DNA from: a virus | Direction: 5' to 3' (one strand) | DNA: 44,163 nucleotides | UHGV virus genome: UHGV-0207246 | In this document: positions 27,080 to 35,529 of the stretch, piece after piece | Layout: every line of letters begins with the position of its first letter | How positions within the stretch are numbered: position 1 is the first letter of the stretch | Notes under the pieces: generated by a model | Told to the model about the DNA's origin: nothing | Databases searched by the model: none | The model's input: the letters and a program-made list of their open reading frames with translations, nothing else | Translations under genes and position numbers: made by a program

Positions 27080-29299
27080 CTATTCCAAATCCTCTTCTGT
27101 CACTACCAGCATTTCATTCGGTTCGTATATTGTCTTCGGTCTTAGTCTATCCCCTATTCTTTCAGGTATACGATACGTTCTCGGTACTACTTCGCCATTA
27201 GCATCACAGCCTAGCATTAGTTCACCATCTTTCAGCATTTTATCAAGATGGGTGTTAGTCACAGAAAAGTCACCGGAACGGGCAACTATCTGCTGCTGAG
27301 TAAAACCGCGACCTGTGTCATCTGACTGTTGCAGGTCTTCCAGTGCCGAAAGTATTGACTCCTTCCTTACTTCATCCTTCCCACGTTTTACGGCATTCTT
27401 TACGTTTTCTTTACCTTCCTTTGCCAGCCCTTCTTCGCGCTCTTTCTCCTCGTCGGTTTTGAACGGCTCGAAGCCCCACGGCATCAGCACAAGTGCCTTA
27501 TGCGGCTCAGGAAGGTCCAGGTTTACGATTGTGCCGTATTCTTCTGTGCTACCCAGGAACTCAACAGCACGGTATTCTTTCGGCGGCGGGGCTTCACGGA
27601 ACTGTACAGACTCAAGCACCATGCCGACGGTTTTCTGTTGAGGCCCGTGCTTAAATTTCGAGTGGTATACGTTTATCTGGCGGTCGGTAGCGCGTTCGAT
27701 TGTCAGCTCGACGTCGACACCTGCATACAGTGCCCCGCTGCCACGGGCTTTCTTTCCACCCTTCGGCGTATGGTGGACAACGCCCACCGCGGCTTTAGTC
27801 GCATCACGTACTTCTTTCAGGATGGCGATAACTTTACCCATACCGATTGCCGTGGACGAACTGTTCTCGTCGAACTTATCAATCGTCAGGGCTAGCGTCT
27901 GGTTAAGGGTATCAAACGCGACCACCCCAATTGGCTCATCGCCAGCAGTTTCACGCATTAACTTAATCAGGCTTTTCAGTTTTCCGACTTCGCCCATATC
28001 GATAACATGTACATAATCTTTACCTTCCTCGCCATATTTAGCCGCTAGCGCATCAATACGTGTACGTGTAGCTGCACCGCCTTCGCCATCGATATAGAAA
28101 TGGTGGCAACGCTGGGTATCCGCCCCTGCAAACCGGTATCCGGCGGCGCTCAGGTACATCATCCCCAGCGTATAGAATGATTTGTACGTACCAGATTCAC
28201 CGACAATATCCCATATGCAATCTGACGGCATGTACCCCTCAACGACGAAATCAGCCTTTACCGGTTCCGGTAGCTCGTCCTCTTCTGAGCCCTCGTCTTC
28301 CAGGTCGTCGAGGCTGCAAGTTACTGGATCCTCGTTCTCTGTGCGGTGTAGTTCTTCAATCTCTTCTTCCGGTAAATCAGGTAGAGCCGCACGAATGCTG
28401 TTAATGCTGATAGGTTGCTTATCTACGTTAAGCTCGTCGGGTAGGCCACACATACGCAGGGCCAAATGCTGCCTACGGTTAAGCTCGGTGCAAGCGCCGT
28501 TGTTTGTATGCTGGCAGACAAAGCGAACTTCTTTACCGTCGAGCATGATGCTGGTGGAGCCCTTGCCTGTATGCAGATGTTCGTTAGGGCATGGCACTTC
28601 GTACCCGCGACCAGAAGATAAGACGTCAAGGCCAAGCTCGGCTTCGCAGAAATGCGCTATATCTGCGTTAAGCCCATGCTCATCGGCGGCAAGTGTCTTA
28701 GCTTCGCGTTTACGCAACCCCATCTCTTCGGCTTTCTTGATGTACCGCTCGGCACGGATAACACGCCCTTCTGTAACCGTTATCTTCGACTCTCTATGTG
28801 GCAGGTAGATGAGGCGGTTGCCATCTTCCGTGCAGTGGTCGCGCAATGCTTCGTCTATTTCTAACTCTGCACAAATAGCCCGTTGAACCATCCACGCGTC
28901 GTTAGAGTTAAACGGCGTGCGAGCCGGTACGAGAACGCGGAAGGCGTAATCACCGTTTTTACACGCATGTTGATGCGATGCCGTTGTGTGCAGAATATTG
29001 AAGAACGGTGCGATCTTGAATTTGCGGGTAAGGTCGCGGTACTGAGTACGGTTTAGATGGTCGAAGTCGAACTTAACCACACTGTCTTCCAGAATAGCGT
29101 TTTTACGGCGGCCACCAACAGGCGCAATAGCTTTCTGTTTAATCTTGGCAGCGTCGTACTCTTCTTTAGTCCATGACGGGTCCACGGACAAACGCTTTGA
29201 TGTATCACAGACATACTCTACGAACTGCTCCAGCGGCATTTCACGCGCTACAGGGTTTTTATCGAATGTGTTACGCAGCGTTGCAAAAACAATATTCAT
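27080..29299 (-). CDS. DNA primase/helicase (primase-polymerase-like N-terminus, RecA/DnaB-like ATPase C-terminus)
   Basis: N-terminal DFDHL; Walker A-like GESGTYKS and Walker B-like IGVVAFDTL. Confidence 0.65.
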   Translation of the reverse strand: MNIVFATLRNTFDKNPVAREMPLEQFVEYVCDTSKRLSVDPSWTKEEYDAAKIKQKAIAPVGGRRKNAILEDSVVKFDFDHLNRTQYRDLTRKFKIAPFFNILHTTASHQHACKNGDYAFRVLVPARTPFNSNDAWMVQRAICAELEIDEALRDHCTEDGNRLIYLPHRESKITVTEGRVIRAERYIKKAEEMGLRKREAKTLAADEHGLNADIAHFCEAELGLDVLSSGRGYEVPCPNEHLHTGKGSTSIMLDGKEVRFVCQHTNNGACTELNRRQHLALRMCGLPDELNVDKQPISINSIRAALPDLPEEEIEELHRTENEDPVTCSLDDLEDEGSEEDELPEPVKADFVVEGYMPSDCIWDIVGESGTYKSFYTLGMMYLSAAGYRFAGADTQRCHHFYIDGEGGAATRTRIDALAAKYGEEGKDYVHVIDMGEVGKLKSLIKLMRETAGDEPIGVVAFDTLNQTLALTIDKFDENSSSTAIGMGKVIAILKEVRDATKAAVGVVHHTPKGGKKARGSGALYAGVDVELTIERATDRQINVYHSKFKHGPQQKTVGMVLESVQFREAPPPKEYRAVEFLGSTEEYGTIVNLDLPEPHKALVLMPWGFEPFKTDEEKEREEGLAKEGKENVKNAVKRGKDEVRKESILSALEDLQQSDDTGRGFTQQQIVARSGDFSVTNTHLDKMLKDGELMLGCDANGEVVPRTYRIPERIGDRLRPKTIYEPNEMLVVTEEDLE

Positions 29300-29424
29300 T
29301 TCTTTTTCTCCGCACGTTCTAAGGCTTCCTGCATACGGCGCATTGCGCGGTTCATCTTTACCGGTGCGAAGAAATCAGCGCCGTGTTTCTGGCGGCGTAG
29401 CTGTGGAACTATCAACTTTGTCAT
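29296..29424 (-). CDS. hypothetical small basic protein (42 aa)
   Basis: RBS AAGGA; ATGA overlap with primase start; hand-translated MTKLIVPQLRRQKHGADFFAPVKMNRAMRRMQEALERAEKKK. Confidence 0.3.
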   Translation of the reverse strand: MTKLIVPQLRRQKHGADFFAPVKMNRAMRRMQEALERAEKKK

Positions 29425-29493
29425 TGTATAATCCTTGTGCTTACTTTGATGATTTGTACTTTAACCCCGACGTTCTGGCGTTGGGGTTTCTTT

Positions 29494-29784
29494 TCACCGT
29501 TTAGCCAACTCTTCCAGCAAATTTTTATACTCTTCAAAATATTCCTCGACCAAATCGTCGCCGAAATAGAAGTCGATATACTCGATATTATCTCCTACGT
29601 TAAGCGATGCCGACATGGTGCTTAGTTGGCGTAAGCTAATTAGCTTCATTTCTGTTTCTACGCAGAAAGGCCGGTAGGTATCAAGGTGACAAGAGATATT
29701 GAAACATAAGGCGAACTCTCCCGCCACGGTGTGGACCATATACACTTCGTTTTCTGCTTTATTGTGGAAAATTACACCTTTCAT
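29494..29784 (-). CDS. hypothetical protein
   Basis: ORF track; ATGA-coupled downstream of HTH gene. Confidence 0.4.
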   Translation of the reverse strand: MKGVIFHNKAENEVYMVHTVAGEFALCFNISCHLDTYRPFCVETEMKLISLRQLSTMSASLNVGDNIEYIDFYFGDDLVEEYFEEYKNLLEELAKR

Positions 29785-29963
29785 TTCACGTTCTCCTTAA
29801 TCCACGCTTCAACTTTATTTCGATCAAATGTACCGGGTAAACGGCGACCCATAACCTTAATACAACAATCCGGGAATTTACCACTGCGCAACCAGTTATT
29901 AATTGTCTGACGTGTTACCCCGATACGTTCGGCGACTTCATTCTGTGTCATGTAATGCTGCAT
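29781..29963 (-). CDS. small HTH DNA-binding protein (AlpA/excisionase-like fold)
   Basis: MTQNEVAERIGVTRQTINNWLRSGKFP; first gene of leftward operon. Confidence 0.55.
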   Translation of the reverse strand: MQHYMTQNEVAERIGVTRQTINNWLRSGKFPDCCIKVMGRRLPGTFDRNKVEAWIKENVK

Positions 29964-29995
29964 TTTTTATATCTCCTGTTTGTTTAGTGAAACCG

Positions 29996-30024
29996 AGTAT
30001 AGGATAGCGGGAATGTAAAAGCAA
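29996..30024 (-). promoter_or_regulatory. leftward promoter (TTGCTT-17-TATACT)
   Basis: Minus strand TTGCTTTTACATTCCCGCTATCCTATACT, about 35 nt upstream of ATG with RBS AGGAGA. Confidence 0.55.
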
Positions 30025-30061
30025 CCAATCCCTGCAATATTTAATCTTTACAAAAAAGTTA

Positions 30062-30091
30062 TTGAAAGTTCTTGACTCATGTTTGTATAAT
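30062..30091 (+). promoter_or_regulatory. rightward promoter (TTGAAA-18-TATAAT) of a non-coding unit
   Basis: Perfect -10 TATAAT, -35 TTGAAA with 18 bp spacer; no ORF before the terminator at 30291. Confidence 0.55.
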
Positions 30092-30118
30092 GGTTTTGGG
30101 ACTTGTATGTATTACGGA

Positions 30119-30150
30119 GTTGACGAACCCTCCCCGAGGGATTCGTCAAC
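30119..30150. repeat. 32-bp near-perfect palindrome GTTGACGAACCCTCCCCGAGGGATTCGTCAAC
   Basis: Outer arms GTTGACGAA/TTCGTCAAC and inner arms CCCTC/GAGGG. Confidence 0.8.
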
Positions 30151-30290
30151 CCCTCCCAGACAGCTGAGATGCTTGCCTTGGGGTTTAAGGATAAGTGTAT
30201 CTAAATCTCATTTAAAGAAGTAACCAGCTGAAATATCTACTGTTTCTTCCTATGCCGTAGATTCGCAACCGTAAAAATGTAACGATTATT

Positions 30291-30318
30291 GGGCAGGCTT
30301 AAGGCCTGCCCTTTAGTT
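30291..30318 (+). terminator. rho-independent terminator
   Basis: GGGCAGGC-TTAAG-GCCTGCCC followed by TTTAGTT. Confidence 0.6.
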
Positions 30319-30383
30319 ACCAAGTAATAAGAATAAAGGCACAACCTTCCCCGAAGAATCACAACGGCAACGTAACTATTCTC

Positions 30384-30412
30384 TTGCGCACCCCAACATA
30401 ATAGGATACTAT
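30384..30412 (+). promoter_or_regulatory. class I early-type promoter (TTGCGC-17-TACTAT)
   Basis: TTGCGCACCCCAACATAATAGGATACTAT; conserved leader to RBS GAGGAG. Confidence 0.6.
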
Positions 30413-30445
30413 TCACTTATCGAAACGAGACAGAGGAGTGGGGTT

Positions 30446-30643
30446 ATGTTTAAGAAGGGTCAGTTGGCTAGGGATATAGGTACAGGGCTTTTAGTTCAGG
30501 TTGTCAGCGAGCCTATTAATATTGAATCTGAATTTAAAGGATTCTTGCCTGTTAAAACTGTTACAGGTTCATGGATAGCGTATCGCAAGCCATCCGATTT
30601 AGAACTCATCGGCAACAATTTTAAATTCAAAGGGGCGAAGTGA
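30446..30643 (+). CDS. hypothetical early protein
   Basis: ORF track; RBS GAGGAG. Confidence 0.45.
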   Translation: MFKKGQLARDIGTGLLVQVVSEPINIESEFKGFLPVKTVTGSWIAYRKPSDLELIGNNFKFKGAK

Positions 30644-30882
30644 TGGAAGAATTAATTTGTGTGAAAAGTAAATTAGCTGAGTTCAAGCCGGGAAGTTCAT
30701 ATGTCGGCTATTCAACACCTGATTACGATTATGTAATAGATGAAACAGGAAGCGAATGGGTAGTTGACCAGTTCGGGGACGACGAATTCGGGGTGTTCGA
30801 TGGTGGACTGAAAGCTTCATTCACAACGGCATCGAATCATGATGCTCGCGCCGACGACTCTGAGGGAGGTTGCCGTGAATAA
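30640..30882 (+). CDS. hypothetical acidic early protein
   Basis: ORF track; ATGA coupling. Confidence 0.45.
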   Translation: MMEELICVKSKLAEFKPGSSYVGYSTPDYDYVIDETGSEWVVDQFGDDEFGVFDGGLKASFTTASNHDARADDSEGGCRE

Positions 30883-30942
30883 TTACCCGTTCATTTTAAT
30901 CATCAGCTCCGTTTATGTGGTGCACGCGCTGTGGGGTTTGGT

Positions 30943-31143
30943 GTGAGCAAGTGGGTTAAGTGTAGTGAGCGGATGCCGTGCTGCGAGCCGGGTAGGTGGT
31001 CAAAAGATGTTATTGCACTAAGTGATACCGGGGATGTGTTCCGTCTAGCCTGTCAAGGTGAATACTGGCAAAGAACGTCAGCATTCGTTGAATCCGGTTC
31101 CGAAAAAGTGGTTGCATGGATGCCGTTTCCCGAGGAGGACTAA
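30943..31143 (+). CDS. DUF551-like protein (paralog 1)
   Basis: (M)SKWVKCSERMP...VVAWMPFPEED parallels paralog MSKWIKCSEQMP...THWRKLPKPP; GTG start inferred from paralog alignment. Confidence 0.5.
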   Translation: MSKWVKCSERMPCCEPGRWSKDVIALSDTGDVFRLACQGEYWQRTSAFVESGSEKVVAWMPFPEED

Positions 31144-31146
31144 GTT

Positions 31147-31290
31147 ATGAGAGAAGCATTCGAACGGTGGGCTGTCGTCGAGGGTCTGCCGGTTAACAAA
31201 GGTTCAAAGAAAGAGTACCTGAACGTTAAGACGCGTCTAGCGTGGCGGGCGTGGAAAGCTGGTGTGCAAGCTGTGATGAATACGAGGTGA
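31147..31290 (+). CDS. hypothetical small protein (47 aa)
   Basis: Strong RBS GAGGAGGA; hand-translated MREAFERWAVVEGLPVNKGSKKEYLNVKTRLAWRAWKAGVQAVMNTR. Confidence 0.4.
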   Translation: MREAFERWAVVEGLPVNKGSKKEYLNVKTRLAWRAWKAGVQAVMNTR

Positions 31291-31293
31291 GAT

Positions 31294-31494
31294 ATGAGTA
31301 AGTGGATTAAGTGCAGTGAGCAGATGCCCGCTCCTTTCTCTCATGTACTTGTGACTGATGGGGGAGAGGTTGAGATTAAATGGTTCGATGATGATTCGGA
31401 TGAGTGGGATAGTTGGGATGAATTCAACTCTGTCATAGACAACGAGGATATAACGCACTGGAGGAAATTGCCTAAACCGCCGAAACTGGTGTAA
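31294..31494 (+). CDS. DUF551-like protein (paralog 2)
   Basis: ORF track; RBS GAGGTGAG; C-terminal W..LP.PP motif. Confidence 0.5.
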   Translation: MSKWIKCSEQMPAPFSHVLVTDGGEVEIKWFDDDSDEWDSWDEFNSVIDNEDITHWRKLPKPPKLV

Positions 31495-31629
31495 CAGGTC
31501 AATAGGTTACTATTTGACTGAGTGACTTACGCTGCTACACAGCAGCGTACAACTTTAGATTAGTGTCGTCAAAAAGCGACACTTTCACCGAACGCAACAA
31601 TAGAAGCGATTATTGCAGGAGATGCAACA

Positions 31630-31800
31630 ATGAAACTGAATGACATCGTGACCTGGGCCGGTAGAAACGGAAAAAAGCGATTCGGGCTTATTGTTGCGTC
31701 AGACGGCAACAAGTACCGGGTTATGAGGTGGCGTCAGTTGGCACGACGCCCGAGGTACTATTGGATTCGCGGCGAACAATTATCGTTAAAACACCAATAA
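31630..31800 (+). CDS. hypothetical small basic protein (56 aa)
   Basis: ATG with RBS AGGAG; hand-translated MKLNDIVTWAGRNGKKRFGLIVASDGNKYRVMRWRQLARRPRYYWIRGEQLSLKHQ. Confidence 0.3.
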   Translation: MKLNDIVTWAGRNGKKRFGLIVASDGNKYRVMRWRQLARRPRYYWIRGEQLSLKHQ

Positions 31801-31807
31801 AATTTAT

Positions 31808-31836
31808 TTGCACACTAAGATAGAATAGGCTACTAT
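31808..31836 (+). promoter_or_regulatory. class I-type promoter variant (TTGCAC-17-TACTAT)
   Basis: TTGCACACTAAGATAGAATAGGCTACTAT; downstream leader ACAAACGAGAGGAGAG parallels the 30413-30445 leader. Confidence 0.55.
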
Positions 31837-31867
31837 TCATTTACACAAACGAGAGGAGAGACGGAAG

Positions 31868-32035
31868 ATGAAAGAAGTAACTAAAGATGAGTTTTTCAGC
31901 ACAGTAGAAGGTCTTATGTATCACATGGTTATTAATGCGGGTACGCCAGAGTCTATCTACATAGATAGCGGTAATAATCTTGTCGCTAAAGCAACATGGG
32001 GTTACCCGGAAACTTTGTATGAGGTTGCGCAATGA
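31868..32035 (+). CDS. hypothetical small protein (55 aa)
   Basis: RBS GAGAGGAGAG; ATGA overlap with next gene. Confidence 0.4.
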   Translation: MKEVTKDEFFSTVEGLMYHMVINAGTPESIYIDSGNNLVAKATWGYPETLYEVAQ

Positions 32036-32259
32036 CCCCCGCAAAAGCACGTGCGCTGTTACGCCGCAAGGGGATTCTCGATGAGGTGGACATCCTTGTA
32101 GAGAGATACGGCATCCACATGATAGGTCGCCAGTCGAAAGGTGATATGCGTTGGATGGCGGGTATCCCTGGTACGCCAGGCGTGTCATACGGCGACACAT
32201 TAACCCATGCGGTCCATACTTACATTATTGAGTCGGTGTTAGGGGAAACCAATGAGTAA
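32032..32259 (+). CDS. hypothetical protein
   Basis: ORF track. Confidence 0.45.
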   Translation: MTPAKARALLRRKGILDEVDILVERYGIHMIGRQSKGDMRWMAGIPGTPGVSYGDTLTHAVHTYIIESVLGETNE

Positions 32260-32608
32260 CAAAAACGAAGTATTCGAGTACCTGATTGACCGGCTACGGC
32301 AGCAGGTAATTAACAACCCATACAAACAACAGTGTGAAGACCTGGCGCATGAGGTGCAGTCACTTAAGAATCAGTTACGTGATGCTTCGGTGCAGATTAA
32401 GGAGCTACATCTGGCGCTGGTTAAGGCCGCCGGTGATGTAGAGGCTTACAAACTTATCCGCAAGGGTGGGTACGTCAATGGCGGTCGGCGATATGTAGTA
32501 GGTGAGCACGGGCTGGAGCAATCCGGTTGCCAAATAGGTGAGCATGATTGGGTGTTAGACGCCGACGAGGATTATTTTGTGTGCCGCAGATGTGGGGAAA
32601 CGACATGA
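32252..32608 (+). CDS. hypothetical protein with coiled coil and C-terminal Cys pair (zinc-ribbon-like)
   Basis: ORF track; C-terminal CQIGEHDW...CRRCG. Confidence 0.45.
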   Translation: MSNKNEVFEYLIDRLRQQVINNPYKQQCEDLAHEVQSLKNQLRDASVQIKELHLALVKAAGDVEAYKLIRKGGYVNGGRRYVVGEHGLEQSGCQIGEHDWVLDADEDYFVCRRCGETT

Positions 32609-32808
32609 CCAGCATCTTATTTATATGGGTACTGTCCGCGGGCCAGATGCAACTCGCGGCAGCAGAAACGTTTTACTCGATGGAGGCGTGCCAGTCAGCG
32701 GCACGTGCCACAGAGAACTCGCACTTCCTGTTTCAGGGCGACAAGCCCAACGATTCAGAGGTACGCGCTATCTGCTCACCCAAGCGACTTGGTAAACAGG
32801 AGAAGTGA
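32605..32808 (+). CDS. small secreted protein (signal peptide)
   Basis: ATGA-coupled start; N-terminus MTSILFIWVLSAGQMQLAAA. Confidence 0.4.
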   Translation: MTSILFIWVLSAGQMQLAAAETFYSMEACQSAARATENSHFLFQGDKPNDSEVRAICSPKRLGKQEK

Positions 32809-32810
32809 TT

Positions 32811-33065
32811 ATGGTACAGAGATATAACGCTTCATATAACGACTATTATGAAAACGATGCCGGTGAGTTTGTAAGTTATGAAGACTATGCGAAACTCGAA
32901 GCAGATTTTAAGGCGTACAAAGCCTCTGCTTACATGGTTGCAGAGCAGTATGCGGGGGTAATTAAGGAACTCGAAGCCGAGTTACAGAAATACAAAGACC
33001 AGTTCCCGGATTACGTCGAGTGCGCGAACTGTGGGTCAGTTACACATGTGGAAGAGGTGGAGTGA
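32811..33065 (+). CDS. hypothetical protein with C-terminal CxxC
   Basis: ATG with RBS AGGAGAAG (track ORF begins at upstream GTG 32805). Confidence 0.4.
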   Translation: MVQRYNASYNDYYENDAGEFVSYEDYAKLEADFKAYKASAYMVAEQYAGVIKELEAELQKYKDQFPDYVECANCGSVTHVEEVE

Positions 33066-33370
33066 TGGTTGACGCGTATATCTATTGGAGCGGGATAGCT
33101 TTTAATTTCACCCTTGTCGCCGCGTTTCTTTGGGCGCTTTGGTGTTGGGTACTATTCCCTGCTGTAGAAGCCGCCAGCATGGCACGGTACTACAGAAGAC
33201 TCGGGAAAGTGCACAGGATTAAAGTGCACAACTGGTTCAGGCTCTTCCTCGCTAACTACGAATTGTTTGGGCGCACGTTCACAGCGCAGCGGTGTGCCTA
33301 CGGATACTGGGAAGGAGTGGGGCAATGGGTCGTATTTCCTGCGGAGGATGAGAATGAGCCTCGCAACTGA
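33065..33370 (+). CDS. small membrane protein
   Basis: TGATG overlap; hydrophobic segment IAFNFTLVAAFLWALWCWVLFPAV. Confidence 0.4.
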   Translation: MVDAYIYWSGIAFNFTLVAAFLWALWCWVLFPAVEAASMARYYRRLGKVHRIKVHNWFRLFLANYELFGRTFTAQRCAYGYWEGVGQWVVFPAEDENEPRN

Positions 33371-33647
33371 CATCCTGAAAAGAAGCGGCCTTGCGCCGCT
33401 GTCACCGAGAGCGAACACCAGGATATACAAGCGCCGAGGTAACGCGCTGTACCCTGAGATTCAGGCCAGACGCAAAGCTGTCCGCGCCTGTGGGTTCCAG
33501 AACGGGAAGGCCGTGAATCTGGGTGAGTTCAAGACAAAGGAACGCGCAGCAATCGCTAACCGGCTATTTAATTACTGGAAATCGCTGGGATACGAGGATA
33601 TTCCAACGAAACCGCAGAGACGACAATACATCTGGAGACATAAATGA
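33354..33647 (+). CDS. AP2-like DNA-binding domain protein candidate
   Basis: Motif NGKAVNLGEFKTKERAAIANRLFNYWKSLGY resembles AP2-type domains; RBS GGAGG. Confidence 0.35.
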   Translation: MSLATDILKRSGLAPLSPRANTRIYKRRGNALYPEIQARRKAVRACGFQNGKAVNLGEFKTKERAAIANRLFNYWKSLGYEDIPTKPQRRQYIWRHK

Positions 33648-34084
33648 CGACTATCGCGTTTGACGGAAAGACAATGGCATGTGACACGCGTGTTGTGTGC
33701 GGGAGTAACTGTTACAACACAGACACGAAGATATACGAGAACGATTTTGCTGTTATCGGGGTGGCTGGTGATGCGGGGGTAGGGGATATTCTCGTTGGTG
33801 ACCGAGGAATTTTAGTGCCAAAGCGCTATGACTTCGATTTCGAAGCTCTGGTGTTCGTGAAAGACACAGAAAAGGTGTACAAAGTCGCGTTTTATAAATC
33901 GTGGGATTGTGCACTTAGTTCAGTTATTCCGGTTGCCGATAGTTTTTCAGCCGTGGGGTCTGGTTCTCCTTATGCACTGGCAGCTATGGAATGTGGATAC
34001 TCGGCACACGGTGGTGTAGCCGTTGCGTCGAAGTTCGACACTAACACCGGCGGCAAGATTATTACCAAACAACTATTAGGATAA
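33644..34084 (+). CDS. HslV/proteasome beta-subunit-like Ntn hydrolase peptidase
   Basis: N-terminal MTTI (Thr nucleophile after Met removal), IGVAGDAGVGD and SAVGSGSPYALAAME paralleling E. coli HslV motifs. Confidence 0.5.
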   Translation: MTTIAFDGKTMACDTRVVCGSNCYNTDTKIYENDFAVIGVAGDAGVGDILVGDRGILVPKRYDFDFEALVFVKDTEKVYKVAFYKSWDCALSSVIPVADSFSAVGSGSPYALAAMECGYSAHGGVAVASKFDTNTGGKIITKQLLG

Positions 34085-34143
34085 TTCCTAACCGTGGTAT
34101 CCTCCAGTTACTGCATACTTAATACGCACCTGGAGGATTCATC

Positions 34144-34452
34144 TTGGATAAATTTACTGAAACAGTGACAGGCTGGCTTCTGGCTGCCGCACTAGCCGGT
34201 GGGGTAATCGGACTACGACAACATAAGTCCGTTATTTCTGGCCCTATCGACGGCTTCTGCTTTATCGCTACTGGCTTCACTTGTGCCGTATTTGGCGCAC
34301 CTCTCGCAGCTCAATGGTTCGGTATCACTGGCGACCGTGAAATCGCTGGCCTGGGCTTCATTATCGCTATTCTCTGGATGCCTATCTATTCCCGTCTCTC
34401 TGGTATCGTCGCCGGAGAATACATTGCACGTCGAGGAGGCACAGATGAATGA
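34144..34452 (+). CDS. holin candidate (three hydrophobic segments)
   Basis: TTG start after RBS GGAGGA; membrane protein directly upstream of second membrane protein and endolysin. Confidence 0.5.
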   Translation: MDKFTETVTGWLLAAALAGGVIGLRQHKSVISGPIDGFCFIATGFTCAVFGAPLAAQWFGITGDREIAGLGFIIAILWMPIYSRLSGIVAGEYIARRGGTDE

Positions 34453-34717
34453 GCTATTCTGGTTCGGCGGTATGCTGGTAATAGGAGGCACATCGCTGTT
34501 TAATGTATATCACCCCAGCGTGGACGACGGGTTATTCGGTCGGGTGCTCTATATCCTGACTGCCATCGTCTGTGCTGCCGGATGTATACACCTGTTACAG
34601 AGCAGCATGTCACCAACGCTGCCTGAGACGTTAATCACATTAGTTGCGCTGCGTCAGATTCGTCAGGCGTGGCTGTCATACGGAGGACATAAGCGTGTCT
34701 CGAAACATTTCAGATAA
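34445..34717 (+). CDS. second lysis membrane protein (holin/antiholin candidate)
   Basis: Two hydrophobic segments; overlaps holin stop and endolysin start. Confidence 0.45.
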   Translation: MNELFWFGGMLVIGGTSLFNVYHPSVDDGLFGRVLYILTAIVCAAGCIHLLQSSMSPTLPETLITLVALRQIRQAWLSYGGHKRVSKHFR

Positions 34718-35180
34718 TGGATTGCATTTTACCGCCGCGTTCGAGGGATTCCGCGGTACCGCGTATCGCGCTACCCCAAATGAGAAGTACCTGACTATAG
34801 GCTACGGTCACTACGGGCCAGACGTAACACCAGGTAAGACCATCACCCCGGGGCAAGGCCTCCTGTTACTGAACCGTGATATGGCTAAGGCCGTAGCTGC
34901 GGTTGATGCAGCGGCGCACCATTCACTGACACAGGCGCAGTTCGACGCAGTGTGTGACCTGGTGTATAACGCTGGCGCTGGCGTGATTGCGTCTACTACG
35001 GGCACAGGCAAGGCACTGCGTTCTGGTGATACTGCAACACTGCGGGCTAAGCTGGCACTGTTCATCAACCAGAACGGCAAACCACTACTTGGCCTGCGTC
35101 GCCGTACAGCCGGGCGGCTGGCATTGTTCAACGGTAAACCGTGGCAGGAGGCGGAGGCTATTGGGAGGGCTGTTAAATGA
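34695..35180 (+). CDS. endolysin, GH24-type lysozyme
   Basis: Motif TAAFEGFRGTAYRATPNEKYLTIGYGHYG; GTG start after RBS GGAGGA. Confidence 0.7.
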   Translation: MSRNISDNGLHFTAAFEGFRGTAYRATPNEKYLTIGYGHYGPDVTPGKTITPGQGLLLLNRDMAKAVAAVDAAAHHSLTQAQFDAVCDLVYNAGAGVIASTTGTGKALRSGDTATLRAKLALFINQNGKPLLGLRRRTAGRLALFNGKPWQEAEAIGRAVK

Positions 35181-35308
35181 TGGACGAATACGAAGGCGTT
35201 TAGTAAACTTATCCCTACGCTGCTTGTGCTTGCATACTAAGCCCCGGTAAACCCGAAGCAGCAGCCCAAGCGGTGGAGACTGCGTAGGGTTCAGGGGCTT
35301 ATGACCGA

Positions 35309-35339
35309 AACCCGGACCGCGAATCCGGGTTTTATTTTA
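35309..35339 (+). terminator. rho-independent terminator
   Basis: CCCGGA-CCGCGAA-TCCGGG then TTTTATTTT. Confidence 0.6.
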
Positions 35340-35413
35340 CCAATTGACACCTGAGACTAATCCGACGATACTTAAATCACCTCCTGTTCCATCCATCTGC
35401 TCTCCAGTTTTAT

Positions 35414-35445
35414 CCCGGCCCTGACCCAGCCGGGATTTTTTTTTA
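35414..35445 (+). terminator. rho-independent terminator (second, tandem)
   Basis: CCCGGC-CCTGACCCA-GCCGGG then ATTTTTTTTT. Confidence 0.65.
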
Positions 35446-35466
35446 TCTGTTTTCTGTAATGACTAG

Positions 35467-35495
35467 TTGACTATTACCTTAGACCCTATTATATT
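35467..35495 (+). promoter_or_regulatory. promoter (TTGACT-17-TATATT)
   Basis: TTGACTATTACCTTAGACCCTATTATATT; shares the CCCTATTATATT core with class I elements. Confidence 0.55.
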
Positions 35496-35529
35496 TACTC
35501 CATCGACAATGAGAACGGAGTAGAGAGAA

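Larger units (their letters stand above)
30098..30318 (+). ncRNA. candidate small non-coding RNA (about 220 nt) with long near-perfect hairpin
   Basis: Promoter-to-terminator unit lacking any ORF over 11 codons; contains 32-nt palindrome 30119-30150. Confidence 0.35.

Noticed and set aside
28182-28808. 208-aa plus-strand ORF antisense to the primase/helicase gene
   Set aside because: Ser-rich low-complexity translation without start signals; shadow ORF
35300-35340. tRNA-like appearance (CGAATCCGGG) after the endolysin gene
   Set aside because: The loop CCGCGAA does not fit the TPsiC-loop consensus and there is no acceptor or anticodon arm; it is the hairpin of an intrinsic terminator
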